Part shown: positions 49,638 through 62,340 of the stretch, piece after piece
How the letters are laid out: the number at the start of each line of letters is the position of its first letter
Numbering within the stretch: the first letter of the stretch is position 1
NCBI GenBank assembly: GCA_946965045.2
Contig: OX337236.1
Location: forward strand, 3,534,001-3,598,000
Direction: 5' to 3'
Length of the DNA stretch: 64,000 bases
Source of the DNA: Epithemia pelagica
Lineage: Eukaryota; Protista; Bacillariophyta
Notes under the pieces: generated by a model
Databases searched by the model: none
The model's input: only the letters and a program-made list of their open reading frames with translations
Told to the model about the DNA's origin: nothing
Program-made: the position numbers and the translations under genes

Positions 49638-51312
49638 CAGCCCAGCGTATGGTATCATTCTGATATCCCACCGTTCTCCACCTTGATATAAGCTCATAAA
49701 CGAGCAAGGCCCACTACGCACCGTGGTGATGAAGGGCAGGATATATCATGAATTGTGCAACACGTTGCATTGATCTCCTACACTAGTGGAACTATAGAAT
49801 AATGATTTTGTTGCCAAACACTCTTCTTGCTTCCTATGACATTGCTATCTATTGAGATACCATGAACGCCGCTTTACTAGTTAAATGAGACGATACAGTG
49901 CCGTCTGGCATGACATCGCTGTTCCCCCCAAAAAGGAGTGGAGCCAGGCTAATGGATGCATACACAATGGTACCAGGCGTCTCTCCTGTTGAATGGGTGG
50001 AGTGATCTGGCTGTTGAAGATGATGGTTGTGCGCCTGAAACACCTAGTCGGAACCATCAATACCAAACAATGGCAACATATACAAACATGCCAGCGACAC
50101 GCACGCTTCTCCTCTGCGGTTGTAAAGAAGGCAGAGCGACTCGTCGGACGATGGTCTTGGATTCGGCCATGCGTCAGTTTGTAGGTCCGGTCATTCTATG
50201 ACGCGTGCCTCTTGATGCTCGTGTTTTCGGGTGGCAGTCGTTGTTAGGAAATTTGTCTTTAGAATTTTTGCACGACCATGGCAGTGCTGCGACATGCCCA
50301 CCCACCACCTCGTGTCCAAGTATGGCTCTCTTCAGTGTGTCCACACTTTCAACCAGACGGCTTTTCCCTTGCAACGTGTTCTTCTTCCTTGTTGGATTCT
50401 GGTTGGTTTTGTTCGTTCATTTTCCACAGCAACACACGTCTACGATCATCATGGACGGAAGGATATTTGTATTGCCATTCCGTCGTTGCCGGTAAAGTAC
50501 CAGTGATGGTTGATGTGCGACGGACGGATCATTACCACTGAACTTTTGGTTTGTTTGTTGTTGTTTTTGGAGCTTGTCCTGGTAACGTTCGGGCCACACG
50601 AAGCTCTCTCTTCCTCTTTCTTGGTTTTTTCAATGCAGAACAAAGGATTACGGTCGTGGTTCCTCAGCCTAGGGTGCTTCATTGTCCTCGTTTCCTTCTC
50701 TTTGCTCTTGTTGTTGTAGCAGAGTGCCTCCAGGGACTTGAGACTTGCCTTGGTGCGAATGCAATCGGGTGGCTTGATCATGTGTGATGCTTGTTGGAGA
50801 TCTTGTGCTTCTTGCTTTTCAATACAGAAGTTGCCCTTTCCACTTGAACTTGCGGGTCCACGCAAACTCTCTTGCGCTCCTCGATCCTCGATCGGTCCCT
50901 TTTTGGTGCTGATCAATTTTGGCAACCCCATCTCGTCGTTGATGTCAAATCGTCGTGTCGTCTCTCGTTGTCATGCAAAAAGACTTCTCAGCGGTGGACT
51001 CGTGAAAGACTTTTCAATCTTGTGAAAAGAAAGTGGGGTCGTATGTGATGATCTGGAAAGGTATCTTTTGATGCCGAATGCCTTCCACGTGGCGTGTGGA
51101 GACAGAGCTGAATCTTTTGTGAAGAAGAAACAGAGAAGAAGAGAAGAAAAGAAGAAAAGAGGGCGTCTACTATCATTGTGAAGGCGTTTTCCGTTCCACC
51201 CGATGAGTTGTTCGTAGAATGTCCGAATGAGGCGGCCGTTCCGTTGAGGGAGGTTCCCATGGTCATTCGGAGGAGTTCCGGTTTGCAGTCTGTGGATACT
51301 GCTAGGGACCAA

Positions 51313-54300
51313 TGTAAACTGTAGTGCAGATTTTGTTACTTCTCAAATTATGGCTAGTTACTAAGTTGGGTGTAGTGTGAGATCGATATTTTTTGAGTGT
51401 GTGTGCTGAAGGGACATGGTGGAGGCGCATGACCGCTGATACTCGCCCTTGATCGAGGGCTACCAACCCATAATTTTCTTGCGGGCTGTTTCAAAAGGCA
51501 CCGTGTCAAGTGGCTTGGTGAAGGTGTCGCCAAGTTGGTCGGTTGTGGCAATGGCCTTCATGAAGATACCATTGGGATCAGAGCTGTTGGGTGAACTGAG
51601 ATGTGAGCGAAACCAGTGATATTTGATGCCGATGTGTTTGCTGCGTGGTGTCATACGTGGGGGATCTTTTGTGGCCAGTTGTAAGGCGGCTTGGTTGTCC
51701 TCCCAGACGGTACAGACGAAGCTGGGACCAGCTGCATTGAGGTGCAAGTGCTTGATGATTTTGGCCAATTGATTCCGTAGAGGCAGTAGGGTACGCATAC
51801 TTGTTGAAGCAGCAATATATTCGGCCTCCATGGTGGAGAGGGCGATCTCTGTTTGAAGTTTACTGCTCCAAGTGATAGGAGATTGTCCAATAGTGATGAT
51901 GAATCCGGTTCTGGAACGTACAGAGGTGGGATCGTCGGAGTTTTCGTTGCTCCAGAGACCAGCGAAATCGGCGTCCACGTAGCAGTGTAAACTCAGGTCT
52001 TTGGAGGGTTGTAGAATGAGTCCTCGTTTGGCGGTTCCCATTAGGTAGCGACCGATTCGTTTGAGTGCTTCGCCGTGCAATGCTGTGGGATTATTGCTAA
52101 ATCGCGCTGTCTGGTTAATTGCGAAAGCACAGTCAGGTCGTGTATTGTTGCCAAGGTAGAGGAGCATTCCTACAACCGATCGGTAATTGTAGGTAGCGTT
52201 GAGTGGCTCACCATCGTTTTGGTTGCGGGTGTTGGTTTGGGATTAGATTTCTCCAGACCCAATGTGTTGATGATGCTGCGTGTGAGATGAGGTTGTCGTA
52301 GTTCGACGGTTCCGTTATCGTGGTGTTTGATCTCGACACCGAGGTACGTTGGGAGGTCACCGAGATGTTCGTAGTCCATCTTCAGTTTTGTGAGGCCTTC
52401 AAGGATCCGGTTGACACTCGCTTCGTCATGCCCACAGATCACTGCGTCATCCACATAGGTGATCATGACACATCCTAGTCCGATGAACAAGCAGGGATCT
52501 GATCCATCGGGCTTAAGCCCAATTTGCTCCAATTTCTCCCGGAGGTAGTCATACCACAAGCGTGGCGCACGACAGTCTCCATACAGACTCTTCGTAACTT
52601 CCAGCACCTTATCGCGTTGTCCGGTGCCATACCCTTGGGGCAAGTTGACGTAGAATGGTTCTGGGAGATCCGACTGCACGAATGCGTTTTTGAAGTCGAT
52701 TGACACAGTGTGTAGCTTGTGTTGTATCGACAAGTTCAGTAGGAGACGAACCGTTGGCCAATCAATCACTGGGGCGAAGGTATTGTCGCGGCTGAAAGAG
52801 GCCTTCTGTTGGTCGCCTCGGACGACCAGTCTGGCTTTGTAGCGTGATATCGTTCCATCGGGTTTACGTTTTCGTACGAACGTCCACATGACGTCAACAA
52901 TCTCTTTACCATTTGCCTTGGATCGTGGAACAAGCTTGAAGGTTTGCTTTGCTTCTAGTTCGTTGAGTTCCTTGTCCATGGCGGCGATCCATTTGTCTTG
53001 TTCCTCACGTGAAAGCATTCGGATGTCGAAGTAGGACGGTGCATCCTCATTGATGGCCTTGGCGTTGAAAAACAATGGATGCCAATCGTCGATGATTCCC
53101 AGTGGTGACTGGATCTGGGCGAGCAAGTGTGAATCGAAGGTTGAGGATAACTTGTCTGGGTGCAGAGACGTTGGAAAGTCCCATTGGAGGGAGTTAGCGT
53201 AGTGTCCGAATGCCACAGGGTCGTCGTTGATGGCAGACATTGAAAAGCATCGGTCTTGGGAGCTAACATGTGTCCAGACACTGTCTTGAGTGCCATGGTC
53301 CTTGTCTGGGAATCGTGTGGGAGCGCGACGTTGTCGTTGAGGACGTGCTGCTGGTGGTGGTACAGACTCACCCAGTGTCGATCCAACTGGTGATCCGTCG
53401 ACCTCGCCCGATTTTGAAGATGGTAATGGAGTCGGTAGTTCCTCGTCCAAGTTCAATGGAGGTGGGTCGATATCGTCGTCAAGGGGGTCGAAAGAATCGG
53501 AAGCTTCGGCCGTCTCGTGGAGTGGTGAGAGAGGAGTGTGATCGTCCAGCTGGAGGGGTGACTGTGAATCAAGGGTCGTCCGGCGATGATTACGACCAAG
53601 AGCTAACGGTGTACTAGGTGTTGTAGGACTGTCGTGTGACGGTGGCTGTGCCTGCTCGCCCTCGGGGACACTCGGGACTGGAAGGGACGGAGTGTCATCG
53701 AAGGAAACGGTAGGGGAAGACCAAATCGAATCTAAGTCGGGCATAGGCCCATCGCGTACCGGGTCGTGGTCATCCAAGTAGTGGTCACGGGTAAAGAAAT
53801 CCGGCAAACTGTTATCGGAAGGGAAAGACCATGTACTGTTGACAGACATGAATAGTTCATCATAAACCACGTGGAACTGAGGTGAAATGTGGCCAGTATC
53901 CAGGTTCCGAATCATTCCAACCAAGCTTGAATGCTGTGAAGAAAAACCAAGGAACTGACCACGTCGCGAGCAACGGGCCCACTTGGGAAGTTTCTTACCA
54001 TCTTGTAGTTTAGGATCTAAAACGTAACTAGGACAGCCCCAAACACGAACGCGACGTAACAGCGTGCAGTCAATCTTGGATCCAGAGAAAACTTCCATCG
54101 GTGACAGATTCGTATCTTCATGAGGAACGTGGTTGTAAATCCATGTGGCGTACTCAACAGCCATGGGCCACAAGGACGGACAGAAAGCGGACGGCCATCG
54201 GATGTGGCAGTGAATCATCATGGCCCGTGCCATGTAGGTGACAGTCTGTATTGCCCGTTCAGCTCCGGCATTTTCATGATGGGCACCAACGCCAGACAAT

Positions 54301-55805
54301 GTGCTTGTTGGAGACGGAAATGTGTTACGGTCAGCCTTGATAGATTCCTGAAAGGCATCAGAAGTAAAGACGCCATTGTCGGAATGGTAGCGATGAACCT
54401 GTCGTCCAACTTGGAGAAGAGAAGTTTCGAACTGGTTCTTTGAAATGATAGTGTCGCTACTACCAAGTGAGACTTGAGGGTAACAGAAGATCGCCTTTGA
54501 GCCGTGATCAAAGAAGATTGTACCTCCTACGAAGCGATGCTGTGGTCGTTCTCGACCTCGAGTATGCCACAAGCGTCCACGAACGGTAGATTCGAAATGA
54601 TCCATGGAAACCAATTCACCTGGAAGGAGTTTTCGATCGGTTGGCGTCAGGTGACCGGCCTGGGGATGCGGAACGTTGGCTTTTGTTTGCGTTGGACGTC
54701 GTCGAGCCTTCGCGTATAAACATGCCAAACATTTGGGAGCTTCACAGGTGCCACTGCTCTTGAAAGTGGCAGGAAGGCATGATGGTGTCATGTCGTCGGA
54801 ATCAGAAGTCGAACTGTCTCGGTACAAACGCTGGATGCGACGCATATGGACGTGACCCAAACGTTGATGATCCAACAAAAGCTGCTTTTGAGGTCGACTC
54901 AGATTGCGATTGGATGCATCCAAAGGATTGTCTTCGTGTTCGGATAAGAATTGGTGCAAGGTTGGTGGTGATTCGACCAATGCTCTGTCTTCTAAATGGC
55001 AACGACACCACTGATTGGACCCACAACAACAATCAACCGGTCGGTGTTGAGGCGTTGTATGACTGGCGGCCTTGATATTCTTGACACGAACGATTGGAAG
55101 GTTGCTTGAGTAGTCGATGGGAACGGTGATGCGGCGTTCACTGTTCTTGTCAAGCATGATGCTTGCGAAGGACTGATTGCTTACGAAGGTTGGAAATCGC
55201 TGATCCTGTCGGAGATATGAGGCATTAATTTGAGGGGAACATAGTCGTGTTCCAGCGGCCTTGCAAAGATTGGCAGGATAAACCCATCGACGTATGGAAC
55301 CGTCCTCATGAATAGCGTCATATCCAACAATCCCTGTGCCAATAATGGGAAATCGGTTGTCACTTGCGGCAGTTGACATGGAGCCGTAGTTTCCATACTC
55401 CAACTCGACAAAGTCATCTTCGTTCATGGTTAAACCGGTTGAGGCGCCAGTGTCGAGGATAATTGGCACCACAGGATCTGTTGAAGCATCGCTTGTTGTT
55501 GTTTGGTAAACGGTCATGGTAGAGTCAATATGATGCATGGCATATCGGTACGTGTATCAAGGTGTATTGCTGTTGGCACGCAAAAGGTTGCTAAAATCCG
55601 GACCAAGTCGGTAAATGTGAGGATCATTGGACAAAGGTAAAAGGGTGTCTCGTGGCAAAAGGCGACGTTGATGTCCATTGTAACAATCAACCGTGGTGTC
55701 GTAGCGGCGTAGAGCACGCATTATCGGCCATGTATTCCAATCCGCTTCGTGTCGTGAATCACGCCATGTCTTGGTTCTTGCTCGTGCTTTCGTAGTATGC
55801 TCGCC
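51313..55805 (-). mobile_element. Ty1/copia (CoDi-like) LTR retrotransposon, 5'-truncated
   Basis: Domain order PR-IN-RT-RH. PPT-like AAGGGCGAG (51450-51442) follows the RNase H stop, then a candidate short 3' LTR (~51441-51313; end uncertain because no partner LTR is present). The element stops at CCTAAGG 55806. Confidence 0.85.
51460..55538 (-). pseudogene. copia pol polyprotein with frameshifting deletion near 52215
   Basis: Protease IILDTGAS; HHCC HQRLGH...CLAC; integrase SMDHF / YHSDNG / GAERAIQ; RT YKARLVVRG, DFKNAF, SLYG, YVDD; RNase H YVDADFAG, EAEY, WEDN, FTKPL. DGEPLNATYNYRSVVGML is in a different frame from the upstream PTPATKT. Confidence 0.9.
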
Positions 55806-56756
55806 CCTAAGGGTTTTGCTAGAAATCGACCTTTTTGTCGTGCGCACTAAGTTCATTCTGTAGAATCACATGCGCGACCACAAAAAGGTCAATTTTGAAT
55901 CACTGTATTGTTGCGTGCGAAATTTTAGTGCGACCACAAAAAGGTCGATTTCGACCACAAGAAGGTCGATTTGCAAACCTACATTAACTCTCCATAGTAA
56001 ACCATATTCCTTCTTGTCGCTCAAAGATTTTGAGGTGAATGATCTCTGGTGTTAGGGCCTTTTCAGTTTTTGAGGTGAATGACCCTCTTTAGGGCCTCTT
56101 TTTTGGCTGCAAAGGGTCATACCTCCCAAACCTATTTTGACCATAGGAACGACAACAGCCACCATGGAGTTTGACGATTACTTGGGGCTTGTGGACTTTG
56201 CCACACCCTGTGGTTTGGTCTGTAAGCTCTGTGGTGGTGGTTTCCGAGCAAACATGAAGTGTCTTGCCCGCCACGCCAAGACCTGCTCCAAAATTCATGG
56301 GGTGTCCTTTCGCTTTCCTGGGAGACATCTTGGTAACAAAATACACACTCTTGTGGAGAATGCCAACAACCAACCATTTGATTGTTTCATTCATGAGTCA
56401 AATGATACAAGAATCAAGTATTTCTGTAGTGACTGTGACAAGATGTTTCATGTGAAGCTTTTGTGCAAGAAGCACGTTGCTGGTTGTTGCGCTAGTGCCA
56501 AAGTCATTGCCAAGACTTTCCTCAAGCTGAAGTGTGGATGCTTCATGCCAAGGCCCCAAAGAGAAACCATGCAGCAAGAAACCAACTGGACCCCAATAAT
56601 TCAAGTTGAGAATTCAATATTCACCATGCCGCTGCCCTGCAGTAGGTTACCCAACGAGTTTGCAAGTTCGATTGAACCATTATTGCATCCAAGCGACACT
56701 TTGGGAAGGTGGCCCGATGTACTGAGTAATATGATTCCTGGCACGTTGGAGAATGC
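55806..56756 (+). mobile_element. CCTAAGG-led segment E1 (family member A): left end and truncated ORF
   Basis: Begins CCTAAGGGTTTTGC at the point where the copia stops. Carries CGACC-N7-GGTCG boxes; the ORF from 56164 is cut at the next CCTAAGG. Confidence 0.7.
56164..56756 (+). pseudogene. N-terminal Zn-finger region of recombinase-helicase protein, member A (truncated)
   Basis: TPCGLVCKLC...RH, YFCSDCDKMF...KKH, KCG and IEPLLHP align with member B (TPFGMGCGIC...RH, YSCRC...RH, SCG, FVPLFHP). Confidence 0.65.
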
Positions 56757-59700
56757 CCTAAGGATATTTGCCTTTTTTGGGTGTCTTTAGTACTAGAGAC
56801 CGTAGGATTTGAACGTGTGCATATGAGCACAAGGGGCTATAGTATCTGTGCATATGAGCACTGATATAAATGCCTTTTGTTGCAAAAGAGCACTGCCCCT
56901 TGTGCAGATGAGCACAGAATGTCTACGCCCCGCTCAAGTCTAATTTCTAAGCACTCATATTCAATATGAGTCATTAATTTCATTCATTACTAACCATTAC
57001 CGCACTCTTAGTTGTTCCCCCGTTCTTTTGGCGCGAAAAGCTTGCCTGCGTGCCCCTTCGCGCCCAACATCTTCACCTGAAAACCTCAATAGGCCCAACA
57101 TCTTCACCTGAAAACCTCAATTGGCCCAACAAAAGGTCATTGTTGTTTCATGAATTATGACTCTTGCAAAGAGGCCCATCCTTGCCTTTGCTTGAGAGTC
57201 GGCTGGTTATGTCTCTTCCTCTGTTCCATGCACACGAGGAAACCAGCAATGGCTACCAACAATGGGCCTGGAACGCCATCTCCATCCCGGAGACGGCCTG
57301 TGAAGAAGATCCGTTCCGATCAGGGCATTGGCTTGTCATGTTTAGATGCTACAATTGTGACACCCTTTGGTATGGGATGCGGCATATGCAAGAAATCATT
57401 CGGAGAAAGTCTTTGGTCCATGTAGCGGCATCTAAATCAACATGGAGTCTGTGTCTCAGCAACTGACAACCGACTCCTTGTTGCAAGAAAACAGTCCCTT
57501 AAGCAAATTTTGCAAGAAGACCCTCATACCGCAAAAAACTTCTTCACGGGGAGGTCTGTTCTTGGATATTCCTGCAGGTGTCTTGTTGGTTGGACAAGAC
57601 TCAGCAATGTTATGCGTCATCTCTCCTCGCCTAACTCCTGTGGAGCCATTGGGCCTGAGAGGGAACAATTACAGGTCACTTCTTGTGGGAGGCTGGTATC
57701 TATGACTGCTGTCAGTATGAAATATTCCCAAGAGGATCCAATCTTGAAAACAAAGAGAGCGGTCACCCAAACTTTCCATATGGTATCTGAGGAGATGGTT
57801 GATTGTTTTGTTCCTTTGTTTCATCCATTGGCTCAGGAGGAACACTACTCTTCCAAGCCAGATGGAGCAACCTTTCAAGAACGGATGGAAAATTTGCTTT
57901 CTCTGACAACCACTACCAGCAAAGATGAAGTCAACAAACCCATACTCAAGTTTTTCTATGATTTTGGAGAGAAGTGGTTGTTGCATGGCGCTCCAATTCA
58001 TGTGAAAATGGTCCCAGCAAATTTTCGGTCGAAGCTTTTGGTATTTGATGGTACAAGGGAAAGTGGGTCACATGCTGGCGCAAATACGACCTACACATTC
58101 ACCAAGTTTCCAAACGGACTTGTTCCAGAGCTCAAGAAATTGTTGTGCTTCATCCACAAGCAGCAGCCATCCATTATGAAGAGAGAATGTGACTTACAGT
58201 CATTACTTGTTGATCTGTGTCTCGAGACACCTGACTCTGTCAGGCACCATACTATGCTCATGACTTATGCGGTTGGCCGGACTTTGCGGCATAAGGACAC
58301 CACAGGGTCATTGTCCGTACTGGGCCCATCACATATCGCAACAATGTATTCCGCTCTGCTCACCATTCTAAGGGCGAGTATATGTTCCTTGATCTACAAA
58401 ATGGACAAAGATTATTCTCAACAGGCCTTGACTCTAGTAAAACGGGCACAGGAATCCATAACAATCAATTTCTTGGCAAGTTCCATTCGACGCATGCGCG
58501 AAAAAGAAGCACTTATGCCATCTTCCCGGAAAGTGTCCATTCGAACCACAAAAGATATATTGGTTGACAACTTCCTTTTTAAATTTGATATTTGGAGGAA
58601 TGTTGTACCATGTATTGAAGAAAAGTGTATTTCATCTTTCAGAACTCTTCTGGTTGGTGACCAATGGACTGATTTCCTCAACCTAAATTTGCACTTGTAC
58701 GTCAATTTGGTTCCATCTTCTGGATTGGTGTCTCTTCAGGTCGAGAAAGAATCTTCTATCATAACATCTGAAGTGATTCAAGTGCACCATGCCTTCAATG
58801 CAACATCTGTTGATATTCTGGTATCATTCTTGGAACTTGCATTCCACGGAACAGGGTTGGGCTCCATGCGATATGCAGAAATTGAAAGGTGTCTGTTTAG
58901 TAGCATTCGTTGGCATGGCCAACAATGCTACTATTACAGTCACACCGAGAAAGTATACACTGCACTCAACAACAAACCTGGAAAGCTTGTTGAACACAAG
59001 CTACCCAAGTCACTTGGACGCATATTTTTGGTCTTCAGAGTTGTATGTCAACACCTTCAGTCACAGCTGAAGCATGACTTGCGGAGACTTGTACCAGTGA
59101 GAAATATCAGGGTACACGAGATGACCGATGCTGTGGCAACAATCTTTGGCTTCGAAAACCAACCGGATTGCACCCAAGTAAGGCACTTGTGGACATCAAT
59201 CTCTAATATTCTTTTCCCGGAGTTTGATGAAATGTCGATCCAGAATCAGTACACAACCAAGACTGTGGCTGAACAGTCAGGTCACAGCCTCATAACACAT
59301 CGTGACCATTATGGGTCAAGCAATGTAGCTGCAAAAGAAGACTTGTTCGAGACATATCATAAAGCACTGGGTGAAAAGTCTGTTGGGAAAGAATCAGTGA
59401 CCATGAAACAAGACTTGACGGATGGGGAGATATTGAGGACATTGCACAAACTCTTTGGGCCTAGTGCCACATACACGTGTTCTGAACAACACGCCATGTT
59501 GGCTTTTGCATTGAGAGAAAGCACATGTCATGGACACTATGGTTTACCATGTGGAGGTGGCAAGTCACTATCATGGTTAGTCCCGGTGGTAGGAGCCAAG
59601 CTACATCACTTGGCTCCCAAGACCTATATGGTAGTCGTGCCCTACAAATTTTTATCTGGTTACCATGAAGAACAAGTATCACGCAACTTGCCATCAGGTG

Positions 59701-59973
59701 TGGAAGTGTCTTCCATGACAGTTTTGGGCAATCAAGTTACAGCAAACCGACTGCCTGATGGTCTCCATGACTTCAAAATGTCGCCAGACATTGTTTTCTT
59801 CAGTCTCGAGGCCATATGGATGTTGGAGAAATATCATTCCTCTACTATAGAAGAGTGGGTGGAGAAGTCAGCTTTGGTCAAAATCATAATTGATGAGGTT
59901 CACACAATTTACTCGGAGCTTTCCTTTCGGTCCAAATTTGATTGCCTTCCACGTCTTGTTCGCTACGGAGTGC
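56757..59973 (+). mobile_element. CCTAAGG-led segment E2 (member B), longest copy
   Basis: Begins CCTAAGGATATTTGCC; the same ~490-bp left end recurs at 61786 and 62341. Ends at CCTAAGG 59974. Confidence 0.75.
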
Positions 59974-59978
59974 CCTAA
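57249..59978 (+). pseudogene. Zn-finger + tyrosine-recombinase-like + RecQ-like SF2 helicase protein (nonsense at 57423, truncated after helicase motif II)
   Basis: Recombinase-like residues GSMRYAE (R ~58869), TEK, QVRH (59175-59186) and AEQSGHSLITHRDHYG (H...Y). Helicase: Q-motif-like TYTCSEQ, Walker A LPCGGGKS, motif Ia VVVPYKFL, DEVH (59892-59903). TAG 57423 is CAG in the paralog at 63006. Confidence 0.8.
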
Positions 59979-60595
59979 GGATATTTCACTTTTTTGGGAG
60001 CTTCTAGTACAAGAGACCGTAGAATTTGAACGTGTGCATATGAGCACAAAATCCTATAGTGCCTGTTGCATATGAGCAAGGATTTGTTGCGGATGAGCTG
60101 CAATTTGTTATGCTTTTGTTGCGATTGAGCAGTGGCCTTGTCTATGCCCCTTTGACCACTCCCCAAAAGCTGTCATATTCAATATGCTCTATACTGGCCA
60201 AATACTTTTCAGAGCTCTGCCAGTTAGGTTTTTGTCTTGCCCTACTCTACATAGAAGAATCAAGGTAAGATTGAATTTCCTTTGATTTGCTGTACAAAAT
60301 TTCCTTGTTACTACAAACCAGCTAATATGTGTGTACGAGTGACATATATTTGTAAACACAAATGACCAACTAACTTTTTTGTACAATCTTTTTCCCCGCC
60401 GAATGACGCTGGCATTTCAAAGAAAAATCTCATTTCACCCATCACTAGTTCTCATCAAAATCCCATTTTGACCATTCCTAGTTTATGCCTCTAGGAGTAG
60501 GTCTTTGTACCTACCCATCATTCGTCCAGTAAATTGGGCCCAATGCAATTCTGCAAAGGGTCATCACTCCCTTTCTTTGTTTTGTGTGAAATGAC
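59974..60595 (+). mobile_element. CCTAAGG-led segment E3 (diverged B-like left end)
   Basis: CCTAAGGATATTTCACTTTTTTGGGAG...GAGACCGTAGAATTTGAACGTGTGCATATGAGCACAA is a diverged version of the E2 end. No ORF is reached before the next CCTAAGG. Confidence 0.7.
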
Positions 60596-60984
60596 CCTAA
60601 GGGTTTTGCTATGTCGTGCGCACTAAGTTCATTCTGTAGAATCACATGCGCGACCACAAAAAGGTCAATTTTGAATCACTGTGTATTGTTGCGTGCAAAA
60701 TTTTAGTGCGACCACAAAAAGGTTGATTTCGACCACAAGAAGGTCGATTTGCAAACCTACATTAACTCTCCATAGTAAACCATATTCCTTCTTGTCGCTC
60801 AAAGATTTTGAGGTGAATGATCTCTGGTGTTAGGGCCTTTTCAGTTTTTGAGGTGAATGACCCTCTTTAGAGCCTCTTTTTTGGCTGCAAAGGGTCATAC
60901 GTCCCAAACCTATTTTGACCATAGGAACGACAACAGCCACCATGGAGTTTGACGGTTACTTGGGGCTTGTGGACTTTGCCACAC
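60596..60984 (+). mobile_element. CCTAAGG-led segment E4 (second copy of member A end)
   Basis: Near-identical to 55806-56207 apart from a 14-nt deletion and a GT insertion. The ORF from 60942 is cut at ACAC|CCT, where E1 continues CCTGTGG. Confidence 0.8.
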
Positions 60985-61785
60985 CCTAAGGAAATTTAGG
61001 TCTAGATTCTAGTTTTTGTACCAGAGCCCGTAGCTTTCTACAGGTTGCACTTGAGCTGCATATTTTGCATATGAGCTCCCATAGGTACAGCTAGGTATGG
61101 CCCTTTTTGCACTTGAGCTTTGGTTTTGATATGCCACTTTGCACTTGAGCTCCAAAACCAATTAAGCCGGGCTTCAATATGACCATTGTAACATGACAAC
61201 CTGGATAGGGACTAACGCTAAAGGAGTTTTGTCTCAATGATAATCATTAGGTCCTTTTTCACAGCCAGACATTCTAGTGCTAAGGGCCTCATTCGTTGCC
61301 AGATTTGTAGTGAATGACCTTGCTTAGGGCCTCTTTCACATGGAGATAGTGAGTGAATGACCTTGCGTTGTACCTGGTTTCTTTTGTGAACCGTCACATC
61401 GAAAAGACTCTTGTTGACAATGGCTCCCATTTCTACAGTTGGGCCGGGGACCCCATCTCCTTCAAGGAGAAGGCCCATGAAAAAAATAAGACTCTGCAAT
61501 GGTGGAGGAATGAGCAATGTTGGATTGTCGTGTGAAGAAATGACCTTGATGACTCCCTTTGGTTTTGGATGTCGGGTCTGTGACAAACCATGCGGGGCTT
61601 CGTTGTGGTCCATGCAACGACACTTCAACTCCCATGGAATCACAGTTTCCATGGGAGAGAATTTGAGACTGCAGAGCATGAGAAAGAATAAAGAGGACCA
61701 AGTGAGACAGAATTTTTCATCCGTTGTGCAGTGTCTTACAGATGAGAAATTGGCAGGATATTCGTGCAAGTGCATTGTTGGGTCT
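60985..61785 (+). mobile_element. CCTAAGG-led segment E5 (member C) with truncated ORF 61420-61785
   Basis: The ORF MAPISTVGPGTPSPSRRRPMKKIR...TPFGFGCRVCDKPCGASLWSMQRHFNSHG...GYSCKCIVG is clearly paralogous to member B. Confidence 0.8.
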
Positions 61786-62340
61786 CCCTAAGGATATTTG
61801 CCTTTTTTGGGTGTCTTTAGTACTAGAGACCGTAGGATTTGAACGTGTGCATACGAGCACAAGGGGCTATAGTATCTGTGCATATGAGCACTGATATAAA
61901 TGCCTTTTGTTGCAAAAGAGCACTGCCCCTTGTGCAGATGAGCACAGAATGTCTACGCCCCGCTCAAGTCTAATTTCTAAGCACTCATATTCAATATGAG
62001 TCCTTAATTTCATTCATTACTAACCATTACCGCACTCTTAGTTGTTCCCCCGTTCTTTTGGCGCGAAAAGCTTGCCTGCGTGCCCCTTCGCGCCCAACAT
62101 CTTCACCTGAAAACCTCAATAGGCCCAACATCTTCACCTGAAAACCTCAATTGGCCCAACAAAAGGTCATTGTTGTTTCATGAATTATGACTCTTGCAAA
62201 GAGGCCCATCCTTGCCTTTGCTTGAGAGTCGGCTGGTTATGTCTCTTCCTCTGTTCCATGCACACGAGGAAACCAGCAATGGCTACCAACAATGGGCCTG
62301 GAACGCCATCTCCATCCCGGAGACGGCCTGTGAAGAAGAT
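61786..62340 (+). mobile_element. CCTAAGG-led segment E6 (member B copy, cut after 20 codons)
   Basis: Near-identical to 56757-57310. ATG at 62279; cut at GAAGAT|CC. Confidence 0.85.
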
